DNA from: the human T2T-CHM13v2.0 reference genome, Homo sapiens
Assembly (NCBI RefSeq): GCF_009914755.1
Contig: NC_060927.1
Reading direction: 5' to 3' (one strand)
Length of the DNA: 64,000 nt
Shown: positions 13,746 through 28,843 of the stretch, piece after piece
How positions within the stretch are numbered: position 1 is the first letter of the stretch
Layout: each line of letters opens with the position of its first letter
The notes under the pieces: generated by a model
What the model was told of the DNA's origin: nothing
Database searches by the model: none
What the model saw: only the letters and a program-made list of their open reading frames with translations
Translations under genes and position numbers: made by a program

Positions 13746-16562
13746 TATATTGAAAGAAAATCAGGCAGAAATTCTGGAACTGAAGAATTCATTGAGGGAA
13801 ATACATTCAAAACCTTCAACAGTAGACTAGACCAAGCAGAATAAATCATTTCAGAACTTGAAGAAAGGTATTTTGAAATAATCCAGTCAGACAAAAATAA
13901 TTTTAAAAGAATAAAAAAGAATGAACAAAGCCTTTAAGGCATTTGGAACAATATAAAGTGACTGAATTTATGAATTATTAGTGTTCTAGAAAGGAAAGAG
14001 AGATAAAAATGTTTAGAAAACCTATTTAACGAAATAGTAGATAAATACTTCCCAAGCCCAGCAAGAGATTTAGACATCCAGATAAGTAGGCTCAGCGATT
14101 CCCATGCAGAAACAATGAAATAAGGACTTCACCACAGCACATCAGAGTGACATAAGACTGTCTAAAGGCAAAGGGGAAATAGTGAATTGTAGAAACAGCA
14201 AGAGAAAAGTGTCTGGTCACCTGTAAAGGAAATCTCATCAGACTAACAGTGAACTTCTCAGCATAACCTCACAGGCCAGAAGAGAATGGGATGATATATT
14301 CAACGTGCTAAAGAAGAAAAAAATAACTGGCAGTCAATAATTTTATATGCAGCAAGATTAGCATTTATAAATGCAGGAGAAATAAAGAGTTTTCCAGACA
14401 CGCAAATCATGTGGGAATTTTCATGACTAGACTAGATCTACAAGAACTACTGGGAGTCCTAATCTTGGAAATGAATAGACTTGCTATGATTAAAAAAAAA
14501 AAAAAAAAAGAAAATATAAAACTCATTAGTAAAGCAATCACACAAAGGAGGAAGAGAAAGGAGTCCAATGATACCACTACAGAATTCTAACCACAATGAC
14601 AAACACTAAGAGAAAAAGAAAGAAAGAATTTATAAAACAACTAGAAAATAATGGCAATATGACAAGAACAAAAGTTCACATATCAATAATAACTTTGAAT
14701 GTAAATGAATTAAACACTCCACTTATAAGAAATAGATTGGCTGAATGGATTTTTTTTAAAAGATCCAACTATATACTACTTACAAGAAACTCACTTTACA
14801 TGTAAAGACACATAAAGACTCAAATTAAAGAGTTGGAAAAATATATTGCATGTAAACACAAACCAGAAGCAAGTAGGAATAGTTATACTTACATCAGATA
14901 AAACAGACTTTAAGTCACAAATGATAAATAAAATTTAAAAAAAGACAAAGTAGATATTATTTAGTGGTGCAGTTATCAATTCAGCAAGAGCATATAACAA
15001 TTCTAAATTTCTATGCAGACAACACTGGAGCATCCAGGTTCATAAAGCAAATATTACTAGACCTAAAGAGAAGGACACACCACAACACAATAATTGTGGG
15101 GGACTTCAACACCCAATTCATAGCACTAGATAGATCACCTAGAAAAAAACAACAACAAAGAAACATTGGACTTAAACTGGACTTTAGACCAACTGAAACT
15201 TACAGACATTTACAGAACATTCTAACTAACAACTGCAGAATGTACATTCTTTTTATCAGCAGATGGAACATTCTCCAAGATAGATCATATGTTAGGTCAC
15301 AAAACAAGTCCCATCAAATTTTTAGAAATGAAAATCATATCAAGTATCTTCTCAGACCACAGTGGAATAAAACTAAAAAATAATACCAAAGGGACCTTCA
15401 GAAATTATAGATACATAGAACTCAAACAACATGCTCCTGAATGACCCTTCAGTCAATGAAGAAACTAAGAAATAAGAAAAAATTTTGAAACAAATCAAAA
15501 TGGAGACACAACATACCAAAACCTGTGGGATACAGTAAACAGTGCTAAGAGGTAGATTTATAGCATGAAATGCCTAAACCCAACAAGTAGAAAGTTTACT
15601 AATTAACAATCTAATTATGCACCTCAAGGAACCAGAAAAGCAAGAATAACTCAAACCCCAAATAAGCAGAAGAAAAAAAATAGCGAAGATCAGAGCAGAA
15701 CTAAATAAAATAGAGACTAAGAAAACAAAACAAAGATTCAACAAGACAATAAGTTGGTTCTTAAAAAAGATAAATAAAATTGATAAACTGCTAGCTAGAC
15801 TAACCAAGAAAAGAAAAAAATAAACAAACTCAAAAATGAAAAAGGAGACATTACAACTGATACCATAGAAATACAAAAAAAAGATAATCAGAGACTTATG
15901 AATAACTATATGCTCACGAACCAGAAAATCTAGAGGAAGTGGATAAATTCCTGGAAACATACAACCTCCCACAATTGAACCAGGAAGAAATGGAAAACCT
16001 GAACAGACCAATAATGATTTCATCAGTAATTTTAAAATCTCCCAACAAAGAGAAACCCAGGACCAGATAGATTCAAATTCATGCCAAATTCTACCAAATG
16101 TACAAAGAACTAATATCAGTCCTCCTGAAAGTATTCCAAGAGTTGAGGAGGAGGGAATTCCCTCTAACTCATTCTACAAGCCCAGTATCATCCTGATACC
16201 AAAACCAGACAAGGACAAAACAAAAAGATAATATCCTTGATGAATATAGAAACACAAATCTTCAACAAATTACCAAAGTGAATCCAACATTACATCAAAA
16301 AGATAATGTACCATTATCAAGTGGGGCTTATACCAGTAATTCAAGGATAGGTCAACATACATGAATTAATAAGTGTGATAAATCACATTAACAGAATTGA
16401 GGACAAAAACCATATGATCATCCTAACAATACAGAAAAACATTTGATAAAATTCAACATCCTTTTCAACAACTGGGGAAAAAAAAATCCAGCAATGCTTT
16501 ATGATAAAACCCTCAACTGGACATAGAAGAAACATACTTCAAAATAATAAAGATAATTTATA

Positions 16563-16879
<317 letters not shown>

Positions 16880-18404
16880 TTACGAAAAACCCAAAGGTAA
16901 CATCATACTGAATGGGGAAAACTGAAAGCATTTCTTCTAAGAACTGGAATAAGACAAAGATTCCCACTTTCACCATTTCTATTAACATAATATTGGAAAT
17001 CGTAGCTAGAGCAATCAGGCAAAAGAAAAAGTAAAATACATTAAATTTAGAAAAGAAGAAGTCAAATTATCCCTGTTTGCTGATGATATGATCTTGTTTA
17101 CAAAAACCTAAAGACTACATTGAAAAATTCTTAGATTTGATAAATGAATAAATAAAGTTGCAGGATACAATATCAATGTGCACAAACCATAGCATTTCTA
17201 AACATCAATAATGATCTAGCTGAGAAAGAAATCAGGAAAGCAATCCCATTTACAAGAGCTACAAAAATATAAAGTACCTAGGAATAAATGTAACCAATGC
17301 AGAAAAAAACCTCTACAAGGAAAACTACAAAACATTTTGAATATAACACAAATGGAAAAATGCTGCATGCTCATGGATAGAAAGAATTAATATTGTTAAA
17401 ATGATCATGCTGCTCAAAACATTGTACAGACTTAATGTAATCCCTATCAAAACACCAACTTCATATTTCACAGAATTAGAAAAAAATCCTAAAATTCATA
17501 TGGAACCAAAATTAGCTCAAATAGCCAAAGCAATCCTGAGCATAAAGAACAAAACTGGAGGTATCACACTACCTCACTTCAGAATACATTACAAAGCTAT
17601 GGTAACCAAACAACATAGTACTGGTAAAACAAACAAAACAGACACATAGATCAATGGAACAGAATAGAGAACCCAGAAACAAAGCCACATATTTATAGCC
17701 AACTAATCTTCAACGAAGCCAACAAGAATATACATTGGGAGAAGTCAGTAAACGGTGCCAGGAAAATTGGATATTCATATGCAGAAGAAAGAAACTGGAT
17801 CCATACCTCTCACTATACACAAATATCAACTCAAGGTGGATTAAAGACTTAAATGAAGACCTGAAACTAAACAAATACTAGAAGAAAACCTAGAAAAAAC
17901 TCTTCTGTACATTTGTTGAGATGAAGAATTTATGACTAAGACCTCAAAAGCACAGGCAACAGAAATAAAAACAGACGAATGGGACTTAAACTAAAAACCT
18001 CTGCACAGCAAAATAACCAATGGAGTAAAGAGACAACATGTTGAGTGGGAGAAAATATTTGCAAACTTTGCATCCAGCGGGGACAAATATCCAGAATATA
18101 CAAGGAACTCAAAAAACTCAACAACAAGAGCAAAACCCCCACAACTATTCCCATTAAAAAGTGAGCAAAGGGCATGATAGATGTTTTTCAAAAGAAGATA
18201 TACAAATAACCAACAACTATTTGAAAACTGCTCATCATCCCTAATCATCAGAGAAATGCAAATTAAAACCACAATGAGATATCATCTTACTCCAATCAGA
18301 ATGGCTATTATTAAAAAGACAAAAATAACAGGTGTTGGTGAGGATGTGTAGAAAAGGAAACTCTTATACAGTATTGGTAAGAATGTAAAATATGCATACA
18401 TTTA

Positions 18405-18460
18405 ATATATGTATATATGTGTATATATATATATATGTATATGTGTATATATATATATAC
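18405..18460. repeat. (TA/TG)n microsatellite within the L1 3' region
   Basis: Alternating tatatatgtgtata tract. Confidence 0.85.
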
Positions 18461-18825
18461 ACAATGGAATACTATTCAGCCATTAAAGTAATGAAATCAT
18501 GTCTTTTGCAGCCACATGGATGGAACTGGTGGTTGTTATACGAAGTGAAATAAGCCAGACACAAAAAGACAACTATTGCATGTTCTCATTCGTAAATGTT
18601 TGCTCAAAAACGTATTCACATGGATGTAGAGAGTGGAATGATAGATAACGGAGACTTAGAAGCGTGAGGAGGGTGGAAGAGGGGAGGATGATGAGAAATT
18701 GCTTAATGGGTACAGAATACATTATTCAGGTGATTAATACCCTAAAAGCCCTGACTTGACCACTACTCAATCTGTGCATGTAACAAAACCGCACACGTAT
18801 CCTATAAATTTGTATAAATAAATAG

Positions 18826-19290
<465 letters not shown>

Positions 19291-19769
19291 GGTATAAAAA
19301 AATTAGTTTTTGAAAGATGATGCTGAAAGGAATTGTGACTCAGTCCCTACCAGGGAGAAAGACATTTCAAGGTAATACAGTTTTAGCTATATACAGATCT
19401 CAATGAACTCTTTGCAATGTCTAGTAAACTCCTCAATAAAAAGGAAAAAAATTAAGATGTAATGTTATAAGGAAAAGATATATGCCTAAAGGAAAATAGT
19501 TCATTGTTAGAAAAACAGCAATAACAACAGAGATGCTGTTTCCAGTTTGAGAGAACTTGTGAAGTATTTCCAATAATTTTCCAAGGAAATTATTCCAAAC
19601 CCACATTATTGTCAAGTGTGCTGCCCTGAATTATCGGAGAGTTTGCTTTTGATGTTAAACTAGCGGTTTTTTGGTGATTTGGTGGACAATTCTCAGAATC
19701 ACAATTATATTAGGAAACCAAGGAATAGAAGAAAGTAGTGAGCAGAGAATGAAAAGTGTAGAGGGGGCA

Positions 19770-19910
19770 CACAGCTGGTTGTCCTTGGGCAAATGAGTTC
19801 ACCAACAACTCTGAGCCTTCATTACTGCACATGTGAGATGGGAGATAACATTACATAAAAGCTTAAAGAAGAAAATGTATGGGAAAGTGTCTGGCATAAT
19901 TAAATAAATA
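19770..19910 (+). mobile_element. MIR fragment
   Basis: ccttgggcaaat...ctctgagcct...gtgtctggcataat. Confidence 0.6.
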
Positions 19911-20508
19911 TATCTGGCTAGACTAAGTGGAACACTACAATTGATAACGAATGGTTTTGTAATAATCATGGATAGTGACAGAGTAAACTCTCCATAAATA
20001 ATAGTGTTTATTTTTACAGTAAGAATATGTATAAATGTCCATACAGGGTTGCTTTTCCTCAACCAGCCATAGAAGCAAAAGTATTGTACTGTTTCTTATA
20101 TGATGTGGGTAGTAACCGAGCATTGTCTCACAGACATGACAACTTGCCATTTTTTAGTACTAATTACCATGATATCCTCTCTGTGAAACTGTACTATCGC
20201 TTCTGTCTAAATGATTAATTTTATGAATCCTCCTACTCCCCAATAACCTGGAATTAGTGTTACATTGTCCCCCGATCTCCAAAGTCACGTAAGAAAATAC
20301 TGACCATGTGAAATTAAATAAACAAGTAGTATTACCTACTTCACAGTCTTTCCTGCTCTTCCTTTAAGAAAACCTCTGTTCTGTTTGACAATGACTCCTC
20401 TAGAAGACCAAGGAATTGCACTTAAATGGCATTTTTCTTTGCCCTTCTACAGGGAGCAAGATTTCATTGGTTCATTGATGGTGCACAATGTGCCAGAAAG
20501 TCTTCTAA

Positions 20509-20845
<337 letters not shown>

Positions 20846-20864
20846 AAATATTCATTTTTCTTAA

Positions 20865-21330
20865 GGTAATGCAAGCTGCTGTAATGAATAAAACTCCAGA
20901 TCTCATTGGTTTAAACAAACAAACATGTATTTCAAATGAATGTGTATTTCTGGCTTCTGTAAAGTCTAATCACGGGAAGGAGAAGGGGGCACTCTGCTCC
21001 ACACGCTAATTCAGGGATCAGGATGATAGAGGCCTTGCCAACTTCTATACATACATTCCAAAAAGGTCCTAAGCTTTGACATTCAGCTAGCAGATTAAAG
21101 ATAAGATAGCAAGAAGGATGGTCCAGAGATATTATAGGACAGGTCTGGAAAGGGGTATACCCTACTTCCATCCACTTTCCACTGGCCAGAGTTTAGCCAT
21201 GTGGCTCCACTAAGATTCAGAACATGCTGAAAAATGGTGTATAGGGCTGGAAACTCCTTTCCTGCAACAATTCTATGCTGTTAAAGGGCAATATGAACTT
21301 TTGCCAAGGGCTGACCATACTGCAACCTTC
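20865..21330 (-). mobile_element. Old MLT1 (MaLR) LTR
   Basis: gctgctgtaa...gtttaaacaaac...ttccactggccagagtttagccatgtggc, typical of an MLT1 LTR in reverse. Confidence 0.55.
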
Positions 21331-22295
21331 CCTATAAATGTGAGGCACTATTAACAGTGACATGCATAAATATGTACATGGGATCTGAGTTCTGAAAAAA
21401 GCAAGCTTGTCAAAGAAATGCAGAAGTTCACATTTTCTATCACAAAAAGGCTCACTGAGAAATTTTAGTATGCTGTATCAAAGCTTCTGAATGCAACCCA
21501 TAGGTGATTTCACACCAAAAGCAGAAGAGGACAGGTAGGCATAAAACAAAGGTTAATACGGGTTTTTCTTTTTTTTAGTGTAACTTTATTTTACCACTTT
21601 TATTAGATCATTTGGTTGTTTTCTCAAAATTTTTCCTTCTTGGATTTATTACTATAAACTCAGAGGATGCTTGAATGAATAAATAAATAAATCTCTGTTG
21701 GAGATTTGCTTGATGAGCATCTGTCACGGTGTTTAATTATATATTAACAGTAACCCAAAAAAAGTCTTAATGGCTCTTTCAATTTTGAACTGTTCATCAT
21801 GAAATTGTGTTGATCATGCGTTGTTGTACTATGAAGTTTTTGTCAGGAAAAAAAAAGAAGTTTCTGATATCACAGGAATTCTGGGTCCTAATTAAGCAAT
21901 CAGATTCAACAAAGTGTATATTAATTTAAGATCACATACCTCAGGGGCATTGAAAAGCTGAAGGCTGTTCTCTGAAAGTCATTTACAATTTGTAGTGTCA
22001 CAATATCGCTGTAAAGTGTCCTAAATTGTAACTGAAAGTATCTCCAGAGGTAAGCAAAGGGAGAATATTTTAATCCTGTCACTGTAGGTCACTCAGTCTG
22101 AAAGACATTTACTTCTTGATCCATATATAATTTTATTGTGTAATAGTTCTGTCTGCTTTTACCTAACAATGTAAGTATGTAATTATTTATTGATGTCCCT
22201 TTTACGTTACATTATGCCAGGTAATGTTATTTGTCAGCTATAATGATGAAATACAAAAAGATATAATATTTAGAAAAGAACACATTTACTGACAG

Positions 22296-23189
22296 ACGGT
22301 ATGTTTCAACAGGAGCAATAATGTTCCTTCAGGGTCTTCAGAAATATGTGAGGGCATATTTGGTTGTCCCAATTATTGGAAGACACTACCTAGTGGGCAG
22401 TGTCCAGGAATGTGAGACATCCTGCAATGTGCAGAACACTTCTATGGAATGCAGAATTGTCCAGGAGTTCACATAGCTTTAGCATCCCTCCAGACATCCA
22501 TGAAGATGACATACCTTCATTACATAAGCTTAGAAGCTAACTTTGTTTTATATATTAACACAAAGTCTATCTTTGCACAATTTAAAGTTTTTTATTTATT
22601 TCTTTATTTTATTTATTTATTTATGATGGAGGCAGAGTCTCCCTGTGGTGCCCGGGCTGATCTCAAACTCCTAGTTTCCAGTGATCCTCCCATCTTGGCC
22701 TCCCAAAGTGCTGGGGTTACAGGCATGAGTCACCGCACCTGACCTATGCTTGCACAATTTATAGATTCACAGACCTTTCCAGAAATGTAACTACCCTGTA
22801 AACTGATAGAAGATTACTTTTTGTTTTGTGCAGAACTTTACAAAGAAATATTTATTTCAAAATACCATATATATCATTTCAACAAATTATGTTTCTAACT
22901 GCAATGCTGGTTATGGTATTTGAATCATCAGTACTGGACAGTCAGCATTGTTAGCTCTACCATTTGTGTGGACTCTAATTTTAAGTAAACATGTGACTAC
23001 ATTTTTGTTTTCTTATACAGTCTATGCCTGAACTTTCGTAATTCTTTTATTATATACTACTATCCTTTTATTTTCTTTTATCATTTATTTGTTGGTAGGG
23101 TTTTATAGTTTTGGGGTTTTTTAACATACAAATATCAGAAGACTTAAAAATCTTTGTGGCACTGAATCTGAGAGAATTGAGAACCACTG
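22296..23189. mobile_element. MER20B-like hAT element, with an Alu left-monomer insertion (~22590-22745, minus strand)
   Basis: ttggttgtcccaa...catcctgcaatgtgcag MER20-like motifs; terminal ttgagaaccactg. Confidence 0.6.
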
Positions 23190-23439
23190 TTTAGGACAGT
23201 GTAGGTTTTCAGGATTGCAATGAAATCATAATTATAATAATAGCTGCAATTTATTGATTGTTGACTATGTACCAAGCACTGTGCTGATCAGTTAACCACT
23301 CTGGAAAAGATTGATTATTGACTGAGGGAATAACCAAAAGCAAGTAATAACTGTAAGTCTGAACTATCATTGCTTTCAGTGCAGCAAAACTATTATAGTC
23401 TCCTAATTTCAGGAGATGAGAAAGACCCTAAAAAGTACT

Positions 23440-23550
23440 ACTCAAACTTACCTGTGTACTGCTGAACACACTCACCTGGGGATCTTATTAAAATGTAGAT
23501 TCTGATTCAGTAGGTGGCTGCTGGTCTACAAATCACTTTCTAAGAAGCAA
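23440..23550. mobile_element. MER5A fragment
   Basis: cacctggggatcttattaaaatgtagattctgattcagtaggt. Confidence 0.7.
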
Positions 23551-24234
23551 AGATCTAAAAATAAGTTTCAAATATTAATGCATCACAGGTGTACAAAATT
23601 GTTAATATTAATATAATTAAAGGAATTTTTAAATGCAAATTAAAAAGGACATGCAACACTTTCAACTTTTTCATAAATGAACATTTGCATTACTATGAGG
23701 TAAAAAATAAGAAAATACACTAGAACAAATCAGAGAAGTTAGTGAACATAACATAGAACTTGTATATATAATGAGGGACTCTCACCAAAACCTCAAAACA
23801 TAAGCCCCCAAATTAGCATATATTTAACATAGAAAAATATAAATATTAGGTGAATACAATATATACTAGCATATATATATAAATAATAAAATATGTCAAT
23901 TGATCTAATATAAATATATTAAATATTATTTATTAGACTAAAACATATTAAAATAAGCAATTAGCCATAATTTTGCTCCCAGTATGCTAGCTAAAATATA
24001 GATACATATCTACTAACTTAAAGCCAGTTAAGCTGTGGAAAAATGTGTACATTGGAATTTCTGGTTGCAATATAAACAAATGTGAATATTTTGTTAGGAT
24101 ACTCCCAACTATTATTAAAAACCATTAAAAAGTTCATACTCTATGACTAAAAATTATTTTTATACTAAGCTACTTACAATACCCAATAATTTACTCTGAG
24201 AAAAGAATTCACAAGAGAAAAAGATGTCTAGCGC

Positions 24235-24740
24235 CATAGATTAACAAATATTAATTGAGTACCTACTGTGGTCTATGCTTGAGGCATTGTTGTAGGTACC
24301 TGGGGTACACTGGTGAATGAAAAAGGTGAAGGTCTCTGCCTAGCCAGGGGAACCAGGCAATAAATGAAAAATGTAACAAGGAAATTTTATTATAGTATGT
24401 TAGAATGTGATCAGTGCTGTAGAAGAAAAAGAAAGCAGAGGAGGTTAAGAAGCATCAGACTTTTAAGATGAGGGTATAGTCAGGCACTGTGGTGCATGCC
24501 TGTAGTCCCAGCTACACAGGAGGCTGAGGCAGGAGGATCACTTGAGTGCAGGAGTTGGAGGCTGCAGTGAGCTATGATTGAGCCAACTCACTCTGGGCAA
24601 CAGAGTGAGACCCTGTCTCTATAAAAAAAGGAAGAAGAAAAGAAGATAAAGGGCTAGGGTGAGGCGGGCAGGGATTATCTCAGGTTTTTAAGCTGCATGC
24701 AACATAGAACCCTTGTAGGGTCCTGAGCAGAGGAGGAGCA
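24235..24740 (-). mobile_element. L2 3' fragment, interrupted by FRAM
   Basis: aacaaatattaattgagtacctactgtg...ggcattgttgtaggtacctggggtacac. Confidence 0.7.
24478..24645 (+). mobile_element. FRAM (free right Alu monomer)
   Basis: Single right-arm monomer with ggaggatcacttgag and an A-rich tail. Confidence 0.8.
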
Positions 24741-27734
24741 ACAATAGTTATAATATTGCAAAAATAAAAACAACTGACAATGTGTGTTAAAACAAATGAC
24801 ACTGTTCGAACACAGAAGAAGAGTTTAAGACTTTGAAGATAATAGACTCCATGGAAAAATACAAAGTATTTACAATAAAATAAAAAATAACAGCACTATT
24901 TCTAGATTGAAATCATGGGACATGGAAAAGATAAAATAAAATTGAATATAATCTTTGTTTATCACCATATTGAAGTAAGAGATAAGATAGTAAAAAACAG
25001 GAGTAAGTGAATTTTTTTACATACATATAGTATAGGTGTTTTTACCTGACCAAGTGGCAAAATAAAGAAAAAAAGAAAAGGAAAAGAAAATCTCTACATC
25101 AACCAAGTAAGTCCTCAAACTAGTAGCACTGTACGTGTGACAGCATAACATCAAAGTCACCATGACACACATTCCTATGGTCTTCTTTCCACACACTAAA
25201 AGTAGATACATTCAGGCCAAATATACAACAAAATTAAATCTTTCTTAAGGTCTGCAGAGTTCTTCCCCCTTGGACTCTTTTTTCACCTTTATATTTTACA
25301 GTGATAGATATAAGTTTCTTTCTAACTAAAAATCTATGATTCTTTGGTACTTTTACAATTAATTTAGGTGCAAACCTCTGATCTCTATCTCTGTGGCACC
25401 TATGGCAAGGCTCAAAGCTATCAGGAGAGGCAGAAAGAAGAGCTACGGGTATACAGAGTTAACAACAAACTTCAAGTATAGCTGCTTCTCCCAATTTAAA
25501 AGTAAAAATGCAACAGAAGTCTCCAAGGTCAAAATCTCCTCTGTTCTGCTCTTCTCCATGAACAACTTCTTTTTATACTCACGCAAAACCTTTGACCCCT
25601 AAGAAGCCTAACAGCCTTCATAATGATGTCTCAAAAATAACTCTTTATATGGTATCCAGTGCATAATGGATTCAGAGACATGAATAAAACATCTTAATTT
25701 TCAAGTATTTCTTTTTAAATTAATTTTTGAAAGAAAAATGTCTTGTAAAGAAAGAAGGTTTTTTTAAGGCATGCAGCTCTTGCATAGAAGGATATAGTTT
25801 TCATGGCCTGTCTTGTTAAAAATGTCCTAGTACCCATCTGATGCACACTTATTTATGGATTTTAGACTAAAAGCTCTTTTTTGCCGGTTTTCTTCACAAG
25901 CACTTATCTCGACATCCTCATTAGGTGTTTTTTTTTTCTTTTCTTTTTTGTTGAGGCCTAGTCATGCCCTTGGTACTCTCTTTTGTTCCATGCTGCAAAA
26001 GGAATGGTTTTTAAAGGCTCCCTCTCCACCAGTCCCACCTTTTTTTTCTTTGTAATTAGCCTTATTTGAGGACCAGAAAAGCAAAAGACTGGAAAAAATA
26101 CAAAAACTATTGAACAAAAGATAGGATGTTTTTTCCCCCAACCATATGCCGTACAGCTCATGTACAACCTGGGTCAGATGACTTGCATATATGCCTTTAA
26201 AATGAAAAGTGAAAGAAAAAAGAAAGGAAAGGCATTGACTTACACAGCAGCTGCATTGGTATAAACAGGCTCAGAGTAAATGTCACAATGAAAGGAGAAT
26301 AATACATTTTATCTTTATTGCAAAAGTAATTCACTTTAAAACCAAAGAACATGATGAAACTAGGTGCCTGATGACAATACTTGCAGGTAGCCATTTGAAA
26401 TATCTTAATATTAATTTGGTTTAATTAGAATGAGAGAAACAATTTTCTTTCTTCAAATGCAAATGCTTTTTTATTGGAGCAACACACAACTGAAATTGTT
26501 CAGCTCTTTCCTTTAAAATGGGTTCATTAGAATTGTTTTGATGCAGTGATGATTAATGAAACATTTTTTCTGCCTTCTCTTTCCTTAGTTTACTTACTAT
26601 TTAACAGCCTATGTCTAAGTAAAGGGCCAAGGGATTTATACTATCCTTGCCTCTAGAAACAAAATTCTAGCTTTCAAAATATTAAAATTTATAAATAATA
26701 ACTGGACTTTTGGGCCTATAATAGAGTTGCTCACTTCAAAAAAAATTTTTTTGTACAAATATGGTTCTATGAAAATGATTATCAAAGGCAGCTTTAATGA
26801 GAGAAATGTTAGGAAAACTAAGGATTCTGGAAATACAGTTGTCAAGAAGCCAACCAGTCTTCTTCCCTCCTCTAATCCATGAAGAAAATACTTTATCAAA
26901 ATATGGGCTTTCTTTGTTGTTTGTTTTCCATGCTGATTAGGCAAGCATGAGTCAATATCCAGAAGGAAACATAAGGCATACTCTCACTGGGTAATTTAAG
27001 GAGAGTTCAATACACAGACTATCTCCAAAGCTATGAAACAGGTTCAGGAAAACCAAAAAGGGGTAGTGTTGATATCAACTTCCAATCCTAGGCCTGAAGG
27101 GGAAAAAGAAAGAAACCACTATTGAATCTACAGAGGTAACTATGTGAAATAAATATGGCCTTTGAAAGAGACTTGTGGGCAACCCACAAGACTTGGCAAT
27201 GCAGAAGGTAAAGGAACACATGCACCATCCATTCTCTCCTCCTGCCCTCTGATTTTCTGCAGATGTTTCACATTAGACAATCTCACCTGGGAACCAAAGA
27301 ACAAGGAAAGCCATCCACATAGATAAACGTTCCAGGCATCAAGCAGTTGGAGACAGAATCAGAAGCAAATTAACGTTATCCTTATTTTTTTTAAGTCATC
27401 AATAAGTACCTCTTTTTCTCTGCTTTTTATTATAGATACAGCCATCTATTCTCCTTAAGCTTTCTTTTCTTTTTACATCAAATCAGTTTAATTAAATTTT
27501 TTAGGAACAATTTTGAACAGTGAGCTTATATCCTCTTAATTATTTTAGCAATTCAAAGAGCTCAAGATACCTAAAAATGTTAATGCTTTCTTCTCACCCC
27601 TATTGGGTGTACATTGATTAATGGATATAGCCATTTCACTCAGCAAGTATTTATTGAGTACTTACCATATGCAAGGCACTATCCGAGAACCATGGGGTAC
27701 ACAAAGGTAAATCAAGTAAGGATGCTATCACTAG

Positions 27735-28186
27735 CATATATCTCTGGTTTTCTCTTTCCTGCATCCCTTTCTGTTTTTTTTTCTGCCACCCATGATCAGA
27801 CACAAGATTGGGCACATGATTTAGGCCTGACAATCAGTATGCCCCTTCCTCCTGACCAAAGTGATAAGCCAAGACAGACAAATTGCCTAAGTTAGATCAC
27901 TACAGTTTTATTTGGAACTTTCCTGCCATATTTATCAAGAAAGAGGTACTCTTTCAAATGGAATTGTTCAGTGAAAAACATGCAGTCAAACTGAGATAAA
28001 GAGCTGAAAAGGAGAGAGAGACTAAGACTCCAGCCCAGCTATTCCTGGCCCCCATTCAACTTCTCAGTGTTCTGAGACAGTAAATTATCTTGTTTGGGAT
28101 AATACGTTAGTCAAATCTTATCTGGTTACAAGGGATAAAATCATATGATTTTATCCCTTGTAACCAGATAAGATTTGACTAACGTA
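27735..28186 (+). mobile_element. Old MLT1-type LTR; its 3' terminus forms the right arm of the palindrome
   Basis: ttgggcacatgatttaggcctgacaatcag...ttctcagtgttctgagacagtaaattatctt...cttgtaaccag...tgactaa resembles an MLT1 3' end. Confidence 0.5.
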
Positions 28187-28192
28187 TTATCC
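28097..28192. repeat. Perfect 96-bp palindrome (two 48-bp arms, no spacer)
   Basis: ggataatacgttagtcaaatcttatctggttacaagggataaaatcat|atgattttatcccttgtaaccagataagatttgactaacgtattatcc, checked base by base; centre at 28144/28145. Confidence 0.98.
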
Positions 28193-28282
28193 TCAAGAAG
28201 TTTATATCTAATAGATAAGATATGTGTGTATGCAAAACACAAAATATAGTTATAAATGGATTTTTTAAAAGATAGAGTTCAA

Positions 28283-28843
28283 CCATTTGATTCAGCACTC
28301 CCACAACTGGGCATCTACCCAGAGGAAAAGAAGTCATTATACGAACAAGATTCTTGCACACACATGTTTATAGCAGCACAATTCATGATTGCAAAAACAT
28401 GGAACCAACCCAAATGCCCATCAATCAATGAGTGGATAAAGAAATTCTGAGAGGTACATATATATATATGACGGAATACTACTGAGCCATAAAAAGGAAT
28501 AAATTAATGACATTTGCAGCGATCTCGATGAGATTAGAGACTATTATCCTAAGTGAAATAATTCAGGAATGGAAAACCAAACACTGTATGTTCTCACTTT
28601 TAAGTGGGAACTAAGCTATGAGGATGCAAAGGCATAAGAATGACACAATGGACTTTGGGGACTCAGAGGGAAAGGGTGGGAAGGGGTGAGGGATAAAAGA
28701 CTACAAATAGGGTGCAGTGTATACTGCTTGGATGATGGGTGCACCACAGTCTCACAAATCACAACTAAAGAACTTACTCATGTAACCAAACACCACCTGT
28801 TCCCCAATAACCTATGGAAATAAAAAATTTTAAAAAAATAAAA
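28283..28843 (+). mobile_element. 5'-truncated L1PB1-like LINE-1
   Basis: L1PB1-type 3' end; perfect 17-bp TSD taaaagatagagttcaa (28266-28282 / 28844-28860). Confidence 0.92.
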
